Shown one piece after another: positions 16,497 to 26,669 of a stretch of DNA of 64,000 nt. Made by a program: the position numbers and the translations under genes. The notes beneath the pieces were generated by a model. It was not told the origin of the DNA, did no database searches, and worked only from the letters and a program-made list of their open reading frames with translations. The stretch spans positions 928,001 through 992,000 of the forward strand of contig OZ242318.1 of NCBI GenBank assembly GCA_965208105.1, read 5' to 3'. How positions within the stretch are numbered: position 1 is the stretch's first letter; each line of letters starts with the position of its first letter. This DNA is from Candidatus Latescibacterota bacterium. GTDB taxonomy: Bacteria > Latescibacterota > UBA2968 > UBA8231.

Positions 16497-19166
16497 TTGA
16501 GCCCGGTAGCTCCCCCAACCCGACCCGACCCGCACGCGCCGTTACGGCACGACGTTCAGGACCTCGGGACCATGCTCGGCATCACTCTGCGCGAGCAGGG
16601 CGGGGAGGGGTTGTTCGAGTTGGTCGAGCGGGTGCGGGCGCTGGCGAAGAATGCCCGCGCCGGGAATGACGACGACTTCCGTGAACTGGAGGACCTGCTG
16701 TCCCATCTCCCGGTGGAGGACAGCTTCAACATCAGCCGCGCCTTCGCCCATTTCCTGACCCTGGCCAACGTGGCCGAGCAGCACCACCGCGTGCGGCGGC
16801 GGCGGGCCTATCAGCAGGACCCGGACGCCGGTCCACAGCCGGGGTCGCTCGACGAAACATTCGACCGCCTGCTGCAAGAGCAGGGCGTCGCCCCCGAAGC
16901 CCTGCACGAGACCATCTGCCGCCTGCAGATCGAATTCGTGCTCACGGCTCACCCCACTGAGGTGGTCCGCCGCACCCTGCTGCGCAAGCACAACCGCATC
17001 GCCGAACTGCTGGCCCGGCGCGACACCCGCGGTCTGACCAGATACGAGCGCGACGAGGTAGAGGAAGCCCTGCACCGCGACATCACCTCCTGCTGGCTCA
17101 CCGACGAAATCCGCCGCAGCAGGCCGACCCCCCTGGACGAGGCCCACGGCGGCCTGGCCTATATCGAGGAGATCCTGTGGGAGGTGGTGCCCCGTTTTCT
17201 CCGCCTCCTGGACAGGGCCCTGCGAAAGTTCACCGGCAGGCCCCTGCCCTTGAACGCTGCTCCGGTGCGCTTCGGCTCCTGGATGGGCGGCGACCGCGAC
17301 GGCAATCCCTACGTCACCGCCGACGTCACCCGGAATGTCTGCCTGCTGGCGCGCCGCCAGGCCGTCATGCTCTACGCGCGCGATTTGAAGTCCCTGGCGA
17401 GCGAACTGTCCATCACCGTCTGCAGCGACGAACTGCGGGCGCGGGTGGGCCAGGCCCACGAGCCCTACCGCGCCTTTCTCGACGTCGTCCAGGAACGCCT
17501 CCGCGCCACCCTGGAGGACCTCGACGCGCAATTGGCGGGGCAGCCGCCGGCAAACCCCGGCGCCTATGAGAATGCGGAGGACCTCGCCGATGCCCTGCTT
17601 CTCTGCCACCGGTCCCTGCACAGCGCCGGCGCCGGGACCATCGCCGACGGCCCCCTGCTGGATACGATTCGCCGGGTAAACTGCTTCGGGCTGACCCTGG
17701 CGCGCCTGGACATCCGCCAGGAAGCCGGGCGCCACACCGAGGTGCTCGATGCCTTCACCCGGTCCCAGGGATGCGGAGCCTATGGACAGTGGGACGAGTC
17801 CCGGCGGCAGAGCTTCCTCGCCGGTGCTCTCCAATCAGACCCGGTCCCAATACCCCCGCAGTCGGTGGGCGATGCGTCTTCCCGCGAGGTCCTGGAAACC
17901 TTCAGGGCGATAGCCGAACTGGGACCGGACGCCCTCGGCGCCTACGTGATCTCCATGGCGAAGACACCGTCCGACATCCTGGCGGTAGAATTCCTGCAGC
18001 ATCAGGCCGGATGCCGCCGGCGCCTTCCGGTAGTGCCCCTGTTCGAAACCGTGGACGCTCTGCGCCAGGCCGGCGCCACCATCCGCCAGGTCCTGTCGAT
18101 TCCCTGGTACCGCAGGCAGATGGGCGACGGCCTGCAGGTGATGGTGGGATATTCGGACTCGGCAAAGGACGCCGGAATCCTCTCGGCAGGGTGGGAGCTC
18201 TACAAGGCGCAGGAAGAGTTGGTGCAGGTATGTGGCGAAAGCGGAACCCGCCTCACCCTGTTCCACGGCCGCGGGGGTTCCATCGGCAGGGGTGGAGGCC
18301 CCACCTATGCGGCCGTCCAGTCCCAGCCGCCGGGGTCGATCGACGGGCGGCTGCGGGTTACCGAACAGGGCGAGATGATTCAGAGCAAATTCGGCCTGCC
18401 CGGCATCGCCATGCGGACCCTGGAGGCGTACACCTCGGCCGTGGCAGAGGCCACCCTGCGGCCTTCGCCCAGGCCCGGTCCCGAGTGGCGCGCTTGCATG
18501 GAGCAGCTGTCGCAAACCGCCATGGCCGCCTACCGCGAGGTGGTGCGGGAGGATGCCCGCTTCGAGCCGTATTTCCATGCAGCGACCCCCGAGGCCGTCC
18601 TCGGCGAGCTGAACATCGGCAGCCGTCCGGCGCACCGGCGGGCGGACCTCAAGGTGGAGGACCTGCGGGCCATACCGTGGATATTCGCCTGGACCCAGAC
18701 GCGCCTGCTGCTGCCTTCCTGGCTCGGCGTCGGGGCCGCCCTCGAAGAGGGGTTGGGCAGCGATGGGCGCGGCCTCCTGCCCGCAATGTACCGCGAATGG
18801 CCATTCATGCACGCCACCCTCGACCTCATCGCCATGGTCATGGCCAAGGCCGACATGCGCATCGCCGCCTGCTACGACCAACGGCTGGTCCCCGCGGAGC
18901 TGCGGCCCCTCGGCGGGGACCTGCGGCGCCGCTTCGCCGCCGCCACCCGCGCCGTGCTGGCGGTGACCGGCCGCGACGACCTGCTCGCCTCCAACCGCGT
19001 CCTGCGCCACTCCATCGACGTGCGCAACCCCTACGTCGACCCCCTCAACATCATCCAGGTGGACCTGCTGCGGCGCTTCCGCGACGACCCGGATAACGCC
19101 ACCCTGCACGACGCCCTGCTGGTCACCGTGAACGGCATCGCCGCCGGCATGCGCAACACCGGTTGA
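16497..19166 (+). CDS. ppc: Phosphoenolpyruvate carboxylase
   Basis: VLTAHPTE, SWMGGDRDGNP, VMVGYSDSAKDAG, FHGRGGSIGRGG, LRAIPW and C-terminal GMRNTG. Confidence 0.98.
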   Translation: MSPVAPPTRPDPHAPLRHDVQDLGTMLGITLREQGGEGLFELVERVRALAKNARAGNDDDFRELEDLLSHLPVEDSFNISRAFAHFLTLANVAEQHHRVRRRRAYQQDPDAGPQPGSLDETFDRLLQEQGVAPEALHETICRLQIEFVLTAHPTEVVRRTLLRKHNRIAELLARRDTRGLTRYERDEVEEALHRDITSCWLTDEIRRSRPTPLDEAHGGLAYIEEILWEVVPRFLRLLDRALRKFTGRPLPLNAAPVRFGSWMGGDRDGNPYVTADVTRNVCLLARRQAVMLYARDLKSLASELSITVCSDELRARVGQAHEPYRAFLDVVQERLRATLEDLDAQLAGQPPANPGAYENAEDLADALLLCHRSLHSAGAGTIADGPLLDTIRRVNCFGLTLARLDIRQEAGRHTEVLDAFTRSQGCGAYGQWDESRRQSFLAGALQSDPVPIPPQSVGDASSREVLETFRAIAELGPDALGAYVISMAKTPSDILAVEFLQHQAGCRRRLPVVPLFETVDALRQAGATIRQVLSIPWYRRQMGDGLQVMVGYSDSAKDAGILSAGWELYKAQEELVQVCGESGTRLTLFHGRGGSIGRGGGPTYAAVQSQPPGSIDGRLRVTEQGEMIQSKFGLPGIAMRTLEAYTSAVAEATLRPSPRPGPEWRACMEQLSQTAMAAYREVVREDARFEPYFHAATPEAVLGELNIGSRPAHRRADLKVEDLRAIPWIFAWTQTRLLLPSWLGVGAALEEGLGSDGRGLLPAMYREWPFMHATLDLIAMVMAKADMRIAACYDQRLVPAELRPLGGDLRRRFAAATRAVLAVTGRDDLLASNRVLRHSIDVRNPYVDPLNIIQVDLLRRFRDDPDNATLHDALLVTVNGIAAGMRNTG

Positions 19167-19232
19167 GGGCCCGGTCCCGCGGCAGGGGGCCATGCCCGGG
19201 TAGCACCTGCCGAGGCGGGACGCTTCGGCACC

Positions 19233-22130
19233 TTAGAACGGCCGGCCGTACTCGGTAAAACCCACCAGCCCGCGCACGAAGAACGACCGCAGGGCAAAAT
19301 TCCTGAACCGTTGCAACGGATTTTCATACCGCATCCGGTTCCAACTCACGCCGACAATGGTGTGCAGATCATAGCCGAAATAGCGCGAGTGGTTGGTCAG
19401 GGTTACAAAGGTAATGCGCTGTTCGAAACTCTCCCGCCGCAAAGTCCGGTTCACCACCCGGTAAGGGAACGATCCCCAACCCTGCACCCCGGCTCGCATA
19501 ACGGTTCGGCTCATCAGCGGATATTTCAGCTTGAGGATCGGAATGACCCGGTGCTCTGAGAGCAGAGGCCGGTTGGCCTCCCGGTCCGCGTGGTGCAGGA
19601 ACAAAAGCTTGAACTGCGGCGTCAGCGCAAGTCCGCCCCAGCGCCAGGTATAGTCGGCGCGGCTGACCAGGGCCCAGAAATCCAGCCGCCGGTGGCGCTG
19701 GAAGAGCCCATTGGCCAGCTTGCCGCCCTGCTGCCAGTTGAGCCGCAGGCGCAGCTTGTGGACCAGGTTCAGCGTCGACCAGGGTCTGAGTTCGGCCTCC
19801 ATATAGGTATCGTTGACATAGCTGTCCTGGTAGAGCAGCCGGTCCCGCCAGTATCCCCGTCGCCGGCCGTCCTCAATTTCGTCCTGAACCCGGCGGACAT
19901 GGTTTTCGAAAAACAGGCGGCGCAACTGCCCTACCCCTTCCCTGCGGTAGCCCAAGAGGGCATAAAATGCGCGGTTGTGCCCGCCGCCTTCGATCCCCTC
20001 GATGGCGTAGCGACCCACCTCTAGCGATCCGTGCCGGCTCAGGTCGGCCTGTCCGAAGAGGTGGTAGCCGCGCTGGTCCGCATCGTAGGGATAGTCCGGG
20101 TCCAGGTCGTCCTCGCGGAAGTCGGGCACGTCGTTGTGGTTGCGGTCAAGGCCGTAGACGTATTCGTCGGGCTCCACCCAGTACATCAGGAAGGGCTCGT
20201 TGAAGTCGGCGACACGGTTGCGGTTGCGGTCCGTGTCCCGGAATCCGTCTCTGTCCTCGTCCCGGCCCAGCAAAACCCCATCCCCATCTCCCCACCTCCC
20301 GGTGCCGAGAATATTACCCACCGAGAAGTCGGGCCAGCGGTCACCGTCTTCGTTGTCCTGCACCAGGCGCCAGATCATGGTATCGTTTTCCAAACCACTG
20401 AGTGGATCGTAGCCGCGGCCGCTCGAGTAGCCGAAGTCCCTGGGCAGATAGGCCTCCATCTCGGTGCTGAAGCCCGGTCCCATGGAAAATCCCTCCATCC
20501 CCACCCGGCCCCGGCCGAAGCGGTACAGCGCATTGACGAAACAGGCCGATCCCCGGCGCGCATGGCGCGGGCCTGCCCCTCCCACAAGAATTCCTGCCAC
20601 CTGTGCCGGATAGCGCCCGTAAACGGCCGAGCGCGCGTACTCCCCATTCACCTCCAGCCACGGAAGCACCAGTCGGGCGTCCGCGCCGTAGGTGAAAATG
20701 CCCGTGTTCTCGCCCACCTGGAAGCGCACCCGGTCAAGGTTCGACCCGTCCTCCACTCGTCCCCTTGCTCGCAGCGCCGGACGCAAAAACGTGCTTTCGT
20801 AGCGAGCCTCGAACCTGGAGGCATTGGGGTCATCGGGGCTGCGGTAGAGGCCCGCCCATTCCACCCGGTAGTCATTGCCCACCAGCGCTTCCACCTCCAC
20901 CTCTTCGATCCGGGTTTCCCCCCTCAGGTCGAAGAGATAGATCAGTTGTTCGTCCCCGTCGGCGAGCAGGATTCCCTCCGGGTCTTCCGGGGAAAAGGTG
21001 GCCAGGAGCCCTTCCAGGTGGGTATTCCCGCTCACGTCTTCACCGGCGTTGTGCGCCAGCAGATAGAGATAGTCCGCATAGTAGGGGACTCCCCATCCAC
21101 GGTAGAACCGGTTGTAGCCTAACCCCCTGTAGGCGCCGAAGGTCAGGAATTCGCCCGAGGTAAGGGTGCGGCCCACCTGGGACGGAACCCCAGCCCGGTG
21201 GCGCACCACCCGAGGCCGCAGATCGGGCCGCGGACGGCCATTGACAGCGAGCTGCACCGACTGCACCACCGCCCCGGCGCTGCCGTCGGCCGGGGCGTCA
21301 TCCGCAACGCGGACGACGAGCCACTCGTAGAGGGGCTGGTCCAGGCGCAGGTTCCCCTTGATGCTGTTGTCCGTTTGAATGCTGTTGTAGGCGTGCAGGT
21401 TCACCCAGTTCAGGCCCAGGCGCAAAGCGCCCAGGCCGGCCTGGGCGCGACTGCCCAGCAGCAGAGTGGAATGGTCGACTTCTACTTCCGCGGCATTTTC
21501 GGAACTCAGATAGGACTCGCGATTGGGCCGTGCAATGCGCGAGCCCAGAGCAGTGAACTCGAACCAGGGAAGGGACACATCCAGACGCGTACCGTTGAAA
21601 TCCGTCTTGGAAAGGGTGAGTGGCGTAAAGCGGGCAATCAACCCGTCACCCACGATGGCACTGTAGCCCCAGCCGCCGTAGCCGTCCCTCGCCACCACCA
21701 TGTGGTCGAACTCCTGGGACCAACTGGCCCAGTCCTTGAACAGCTCGCTGCCCCGGCGCTGTTCCTGCTGGCGCCGCTCGACCCAGGAAAAGAGACGGTA
21801 GCCGGTGGCGAGGTAATCACCGGTGGGGCTCCACAGAGCCTGAGGTCGCTCGATCTCCCTCATATCCAGCCGGGTGGCGATCCCGGGTTCGCGCCGGCCC
21901 CAGGTGTGGTCCGGGTAATGGGAGAAAGGGTCGAAGACAAAGTTGCGGTAGACGGGCCGCTCCTGGCGCAAAAAAGGCCGCGTCTCCAGCATCTGGGCAA
22001 GGGAAATGCGTGCGGCCGGGGTCGCGTGCGCATGGGTCCACAGGATCAGCAAAAGGCTGCAACAGCAGAAAGACAACCACCCCTCGAGGACCCGGACGCC
22101 AGCCGCTCTATCGTCAGGGGAGCTCTTCAT
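19233..22130 (-). CDS. Large exported hypothetical protein, probable outer-membrane protein with Asp-rich Ca-binding-like loops
   Basis: Probable ATG at 22130; hydrophobic signal ending AHA; DNEDGDRWPD, DEDRDGFRDTDRNRN and DRNHNDVPD motifs; amphipathic C-terminal strands ending in F. Confidence 0.7.
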   Translation of the reverse strand: MKSSPDDRAAGVRVLEGWLSFCCCSLLLILWTHAHATPAARISLAQMLETRPFLRQERPVYRNFVFDPFSHYPDHTWGRREPGIATRLDMREIERPQALWSPTGDYLATGYRLFSWVERRQQEQRRGSELFKDWASWSQEFDHMVVARDGYGGWGYSAIVGDGLIARFTPLTLSKTDFNGTRLDVSLPWFEFTALGSRIARPNRESYLSSENAAEVEVDHSTLLLGSRAQAGLGALRLGLNWVNLHAYNSIQTDNSIKGNLRLDQPLYEWLVVRVADDAPADGSAGAVVQSVQLAVNGRPRPDLRPRVVRHRAGVPSQVGRTLTSGEFLTFGAYRGLGYNRFYRGWGVPYYADYLYLLAHNAGEDVSGNTHLEGLLATFSPEDPEGILLADGDEQLIYLFDLRGETRIEEVEVEALVGNDYRVEWAGLYRSPDDPNASRFEARYESTFLRPALRARGRVEDGSNLDRVRFQVGENTGIFTYGADARLVLPWLEVNGEYARSAVYGRYPAQVAGILVGGAGPRHARRGSACFVNALYRFGRGRVGMEGFSMGPGFSTEMEAYLPRDFGYSSGRGYDPLSGLENDTMIWRLVQDNEDGDRWPDFSVGNILGTGRWGDGDGVLLGRDEDRDGFRDTDRNRNRVADFNEPFLMYWVEPDEYVYGLDRNHNDVPDFREDDLDPDYPYDADQRGYHLFGQADLSRHGSLEVGRYAIEGIEGGGHNRAFYALLGYRREGVGQLRRLFFENHVRRVQDEIEDGRRRGYWRDRLLYQDSYVNDTYMEAELRPWSTLNLVHKLRLRLNWQQGGKLANGLFQRHRRLDFWALVSRADYTWRWGGLALTPQFKLLFLHHADREANRPLLSEHRVIPILKLKYPLMSRTVMRAGVQGWGSFPYRVVNRTLRRESFEQRITFVTLTNHSRYFGYDLHTIVGVSWNRMRYENPLQRFRNFALRSFFVRGLVGFTEYGRPF

Positions 22131-22168
22131 GGCCTGCGCATTTCCCTTCCGGAAGACAGCGAAGCAGA

Positions 22169-22744
22169 TTACTCCGCCTCCGGGCCCCGGTGCGGAGCCC
22201 CCCGGACCGCCCCCAGCACCTCCTCGGCACCATCCACCACTTTCCACATGGCGCGATGGCTGTCATCCATGAAGCGTTCGCGGATGGATCTCTCCAGCAG
22301 CTCCACCAGGGGATCGAAAAAATTCGCGACGTTCACCATGACGATCGGGTGGGCGTACAGGCCCAGGCGCTTCCAGGAGATGACCTCGATCAGCTCCTCC
22401 AGGGTCCCGCTACCGCCGGGAAGGGCCACAAAGGCGTCCGCCTCCCGGGCCATTATCCGCTTGCGGGCATGGAGGTCTTCGACCAGCCGCAGCTCGGTGA
22501 GCCCGGTGTGGGCCCACTCCAGCTCCTTCATGAAGCGGGGCAGGACGCCGATGACGCGCCCTCCTGCCCCGAGCGCACCTTCGGCCAGCGACCCCATGCA
22601 ACCCGTAGAGCCGCCGCCGTAGACCACGGCGATTCCGTTTTGCGCCAGAAGCGTGCCCAGATGCGCGGCCGCATCGAGGTACATCCCGCCGGTCTCCCGG
22701 CTCGAGGCGCAAAAGACGCAAACCCTGCGAACCTGGCGTGCCAT
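22169..22744 (-). CDS. LOG family nucleotide phosphoribohydrolase (TIGR00730-like)
   Basis: RRVCVFCASS, VVYGGG...GCMG, ARKRIM and PGGSGTLEE. ATG at 22744. Confidence 0.93.
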   Translation of the reverse strand: MARQVRRVCVFCASSRETGGMYLDAAAHLGTLLAQNGIAVVYGGGSTGCMGSLAEGALGAGGRVIGVLPRFMKELEWAHTGLTELRLVEDLHARKRIMAREADAFVALPGGSGTLEELIEVISWKRLGLYAHPIVMVNVANFFDPLVELLERSIRERFMDDSHRAMWKVVDGAEEVLGAVRGAPHRGPEAE

Positions 22745-22785
22745 AGGCCGTTCCTTCCCTTCCTTTTCACCCTGGTTCCGCCCGC

Positions 22786-24018
22786 CTACATCGCCGACCC
22801 ACCCACCATGCAGTCGGTCTCCATCCCTTCGAATGAATTCCCCTCGATCAGGGCGTTCTCCGCCTCGGCGCTGACGCGGATGCCGATGCGCTGAACCCCG
22901 GCGCCGGAATCGACGAAGCGGTTGGCGCAGATCCGCACATCGTGGGTGCCCCCGCGCACGTCGACTCCCACCCCATCGCCCCTGGCGCCGTTGTCCCGCA
23001 GCAGGTTCCCCTCCAGGACCGAGCGGTGGGCGCCGCGAAAGGCTCCCTGGCGATCGGTGCAGACGATTCCCGCCCGCCCGTTGCGCTCGACGGTGCAGCC
23101 GGCAATGCGATTGTCCGAGTCGCGGTCGCCGATGTAGATACCCACCTCCCTGTTGTCCGAACAGTCGCAATCTTCCACCAGACCGAAGTTGACCCCGCGG
23201 CAGAAGAATATGCCGCGGTTGTTGCCCCGGGAGACGCAGTTGCGCAGGACCGGGCGCTGGGCGCCGCTGCCCGGATGAAAGCCGAAGTTGGCGTTGTCCT
23301 CGGAGCGGCAGCCCTCGAAGCTCATGTCGTCGCATGCCTGAAAACTGATCCCGTCGCCATTGTAGTTGCGCACGGCTACATCCTCGAACGCAAACCCGCT
23401 GCAGCGGGTCATGAAGATCCCCCCCGAGAAATTGCCGTCCATGTAGGAGTTGGCCTCCTTGTTGCCGTCCACCACCAGGCGGGAAACGCGAACCCCGCTC
23501 ACAGCGCTTGCCGTCAGCAGAGGGAAAACGGACTCCACCAGGGCGCCGTTCTCAGGTCCGATGCCGCAGCCCAGGGGCCGGTCCAGGGTCAGCAGGCCGC
23601 CTTCTCTCTCCACCACCGTGTGCTGGCGGTGGTCGCGGTTGGCATAGAGCTTTTCCCCGTAGCGCAGCATGACCCCGTCACCGATCCTGAACCGGCTCCC
23701 GTCCTCCACCTGGACCTGGGTCTCGAACCACTCGGAGAGGCGGGCAAATGGGCTCCTGGCCCCTGGGGCCTTCTTCAGGAGGGTGTCTTCACCGCAACCT
23801 TCCAGGTCGACGCCGGGACGCAGGTAGAGGGAGTTGCGCAAGGTGAATTCGCCCGGCAGGAGCTTCAACACGCCCCCGCCGAAGCGTGCCAGGTACTCGA
23901 TGCCCGCCTGCAGCACCTTGTCGTCGTCTCCGCGCAGGTCGCCGTCCCTGGGACCCACCGAAAGCCGCATCGTCCCGCGGCGGGACCGGGTGCGGTTGTC
24001 GCGTACATCCATCTGCAT
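22786..24018 (-). CDS. Right-handed parallel beta-helix protein (pectin-lyase-like fold)
   Basis: LQAGIEYL...GGGVLKLLPGEF, then repeated NxxxGI/GF coils (NYNGDGI, DNANFGF, GNNRGI, DNREVGI). Start uncertain (24018/24012/23970). Confidence 0.85.
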   Translation of the reverse strand: MQMDVRDNRTRSRRGTMRLSVGPRDGDLRGDDDKVLQAGIEYLARFGGGVLKLLPGEFTLRNSLYLRPGVDLEGCGEDTLLKKAPGARSPFARLSEWFETQVQVEDGSRFRIGDGVMLRYGEKLYANRDHRQHTVVEREGGLLTLDRPLGCGIGPENGALVESVFPLLTASAVSGVRVSRLVVDGNKEANSYMDGNFSGGIFMTRCSGFAFEDVAVRNYNGDGISFQACDDMSFEGCRSEDNANFGFHPGSGAQRPVLRNCVSRGNNRGIFFCRGVNFGLVEDCDCSDNREVGIYIGDRDSDNRIAGCTVERNGRAGIVCTDRQGAFRGAHRSVLEGNLLRDNGARGDGVGVDVRGGTHDVRICANRFVDSGAGVQRIGIRVSAEAENALIEGNSFEGMETDCMVGGSAM

Positions 24019-24154
24019 ATCCTGCCCGGGAAACGAGCGCCGCAATCAGCTCAATGCGCCCGGCTAGTGATTGATTTTGCCGCCCGGAAGTTTGGCAAGA
24101 GCCCTTGCTCTCTCTATTTTCGGGAACGGTGAATCGGCCGCAGAAAGGTCAGCG

Positions 24155-24445
24155 ATGGAGAAGGGACCACCCTGTCCCGGTTCATAATCGAAGAGCGGCG
24201 CAAGTCACCGGAAGCCACCGGAGACTTCATCGAGCTTCTGGCCGAGCTGACGACGGCCAGCAAGCTCGCCGCGAGGGAGGTGAACCAGGCCGGCTCACGA
24301 AAATATGACCATTCCCCCCAGGGGCAAGACCTGGAGCGCCAACGAGGGCAACTACCTGATGTGGGACCATGGAATTCGGCGCTACATGGACTACTTGAAA
24401 GCCGGGGACGTTAAGCAGGCAGAGGAGTTCTGCCGAAGCGGATGA
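24155..24445 (+). pseudogene. fbp: Class 1 fructose-1,6-bisphosphatase remnant in three fused pieces
   Basis: Pieces: MEK(G, frameshift)TTLSRFIIEERRKSPEATGDFIELLAELTTASKLAAREVNQAG | HENMTIPPRGKTWSANEGNYLMWDHGIRRYMDYLK | DVKQAEEF*. These match the N-terminus, the SxNEGN region and the C-terminus of FBPase I. Confidence 0.82.
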
Positions 24446-24465
24446 ACGAAATCCAAGTCCGGACT

Positions 24466-24495
24466 TTGCCTGAATCCATGGTTTGGTTTTATATT
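24466..24495 (+). promoter_or_regulatory. Possible sigma70 promoter for the secreted ankyrin gene
   Basis: TTGCCT-N18-TATATT in an AT-rich patch about 70 nt upstream of ATG 24567. Confidence 0.4.
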
Positions 24496-24566
24496 TTCAC
24501 ACCAGCCCCCTTAATCTCGGCAAGGGGGCCCAGCTTCGACGATCAGACTTTGAAGGAGGACGATAA

Positions 24567-25328
24567 ATGAGATTCATCCTGACCGCCCTGCTCCTCGCTC
24601 TCGTGGGGACAGTCGATCACAGCGCAGCCGAGGAAGAGGCGGGCGAGCTCAGCATCGACGACTTCATCGACGCCGCCCACGATGACCGCCTCGACGAGGT
24701 CCGGTCCTTCCTGAAGGCGGGGTTGGACCCCAACTCCAAGGACGAGTACGGCATGACCCCGCTGATGTGGGCCGCCCACAACGACCACGCCGATATTGCA
24801 GCGGAGTTGCTCAAGGCCGGAGCCGACCCCAACGCCGAAAACAACGCCGGCGTGACGGTACTGACCAGGGCCTGCGAGCGCGGGCACGTCGAAATGGCCA
24901 GGCTCCTGCTCAGGGCGGGGGCGGACCCCGACATCAAGACGCACTACATCAGGACCGCGCTGATGTCGGCGGCGACGAGCAACCACGTCGACGTCATCGG
25001 CGCCCTGGTCGAGGCCAGGGCGGACCTCGACAGCCGGAACCGGCAGGGGCAGACCGCGCTGATGGGGGCCATAACGAAGAACAGGATAGAGGCGGCCTTG
25101 TTCCTGATCGAATCCGGCGCCGACGTGAACATCAAGTCCAAGAAGGGGCTCACCGCCCTGATGTGGGCGTCGTTCAACGGCCATATCGAGGTGGTCAAAG
25201 CCCTGGTGGACGCAGGAGCCGACCCCAATGCAGAGAGCAAGGAAGGCAACAAGGCTTTGAAGTGGGCAAAGCGCAGGAAATACGATGAGATCGAAGCCAT
25301 CCTCACGGCTGCGGGAGCAACCGAGTAA
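24567..25328 (+). CDS. Secreted ankyrin repeat protein
   Basis: Signal peptide MRFILTALLLALVG..., then about 6 canonical ankyrin repeats (GMTPLMWAA, GQTALMGA, GLTALMWAS). AGGAGG RBS. Confidence 0.93.
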   Translation: MRFILTALLLALVGTVDHSAAEEEAGELSIDDFIDAAHDDRLDEVRSFLKAGLDPNSKDEYGMTPLMWAAHNDHADIAAELLKAGADPNAENNAGVTVLTRACERGHVEMARLLLRAGADPDIKTHYIRTALMSAATSNHVDVIGALVEARADLDSRNRQGQTALMGAITKNRIEAALFLIESGADVNIKSKKGLTALMWASFNGHIEVVKALVDAGADPNAESKEGNKALKWAKRRKYDEIEAILTAAGATE

Positions 25329-25363
25329 GGTATATCACCCCGGTCCGATCCCGCGCGGGGACT

Positions 25364-26479
25364 CTAGGTCAGCTCGTCGTAGATTTCTTCCAGCCTGCCG
25401 CTCTGCACCGCCAGGTTGTAGCTGTTCTTCACGTGGCGGCGGCCGCTCCTCCCCATGCCTTCCCAACCCCCGGGGTTCTCCACCAGAGCCAGGATGCACT
25501 CGGCCACGGCCTCCACGTCCCTCTCCGGGGCAAGCAGGCCACTTTCCCCGTCGCGCACATACTCCGGAATATCCGCATGCCGGGTCGCCACGACCGGCAT
25601 GCCCGAGGCCTGGGCGTCGAGCAGGATCACGGGAGCGCCGCCTTCGGTGTCCCCGTCCGCCGACCTGGCGCTGGTCTGCAGCAGGATGTGGCAGTGGGGC
25701 AGCTCCTTCAAAACCTGGGAATAGGGCTGCATGCCCCGCAGCTCGACCCGGTCTCCAAGGCCGGCGCGGCGGATCGCCTGCAGTATCCGGCCGCGCTCCG
25801 GGCCGTCTCCGATCAGAAGCAGCTCGCAGGGGAACGGCCTCCTTTCCAGCGCCCTGCCCAGCGCCAGGAGCGCGCAGGGAATGTCCTTCTTGGCCTTGAA
25901 CCCGGCGCAGATCATGAACCGCACCTTGTTTTCGGGCAGGCGCGGCCGGAAGGGGATGCGCTCCAGGTCCACGCCCAGGTGGTGCAGGCGGATCTTTTCC
26001 GGTGGACAGCCCGCTTCCACCAGGCGCTCCCCGGCGGTGCTGCCCTCCACCAGAAACAGGCGGCCGGCCGCGAAGAGCCTCCGGTAGCGCCGCAGCCAGC
26101 GCCGTTGGCGGGGATACTTCACCACGTCCTCCCCGTAGAACGAGGTCAGCAGGGGGAGCGCGGTGGCCTTCTGCGCCCGCAGGCAGCGGCAGCCCTCGTA
26201 GCCGAAGTGGGCGTGGATCAGCCGGGCGCCCTCCCGGCGCAACACCCCGGTGTAGAACGGGTATTTCCCGCTCAGTTTGCGAACGGCCCGGTTGCACAGC
26301 CGCCTTGCGGGCGGGTATGACTGGGCGGAATAGAGGGTTTGAACGGGGAACTCTTCCAGGTTGCGCGTTTCCTGGGTCAACACCACGGGGCGATAGCGCC
26401 GCAGACGGTCGATCTGGGAGTAGAGCCATTGTTCGGTGATGTGCAGGTAGGTGGATGCGCAATGGGCGACGGTCTTCAT
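25364..26479 (-). CDS. Glycosyltransferase family 4 (WcaL-like)
   Basis: IHAHFG, HHLGVD and DGDTEGGAPVILLDAQASGMPVVATRHADIPE. Confidence 0.92.
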   Translation of the reverse strand: MKTVAHCASTYLHITEQWLYSQIDRLRRYRPVVLTQETRNLEEFPVQTLYSAQSYPPARRLCNRAVRKLSGKYPFYTGVLRREGARLIHAHFGYEGCRCLRAQKATALPLLTSFYGEDVVKYPRQRRWLRRYRRLFAAGRLFLVEGSTAGERLVEAGCPPEKIRLHHLGVDLERIPFRPRLPENKVRFMICAGFKAKKDIPCALLALGRALERRPFPCELLLIGDGPERGRILQAIRRAGLGDRVELRGMQPYSQVLKELPHCHILLQTSARSADGDTEGGAPVILLDAQASGMPVVATRHADIPEYVRDGESGLLAPERDVEAVAECILALVENPGGWEGMGRSGRRHVKNSYNLAVQSGRLEEIYDELT

Positions 26480-26669
26480 TTACTCACCTTTAACCGGTCA
26501 GGCCGCAGCCGGGGGGCCGTCCCCTCCCCGAAGGGTCTGCAGCCATGCCGGACCACCTGGAATCTCCTCGATGGACTATTGCCCCGAGGTCGGTTAAGTT
26601 ATGGACAGCTCCACGTGCCTTGAACCGCAATAAACCCGGAAACTCAACCGAAAGCGGGGGTCTTCGAGC

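Noticed and set aside
22169-23335. 388-aa ORF as a LOG fusion, and similar N-terminally extended ORFs for rpiA, dctQ, thrC-like and katG
   Set aside because: The extensions overlap neighbouring genes or promoters. The family domains start at internal ATGs.
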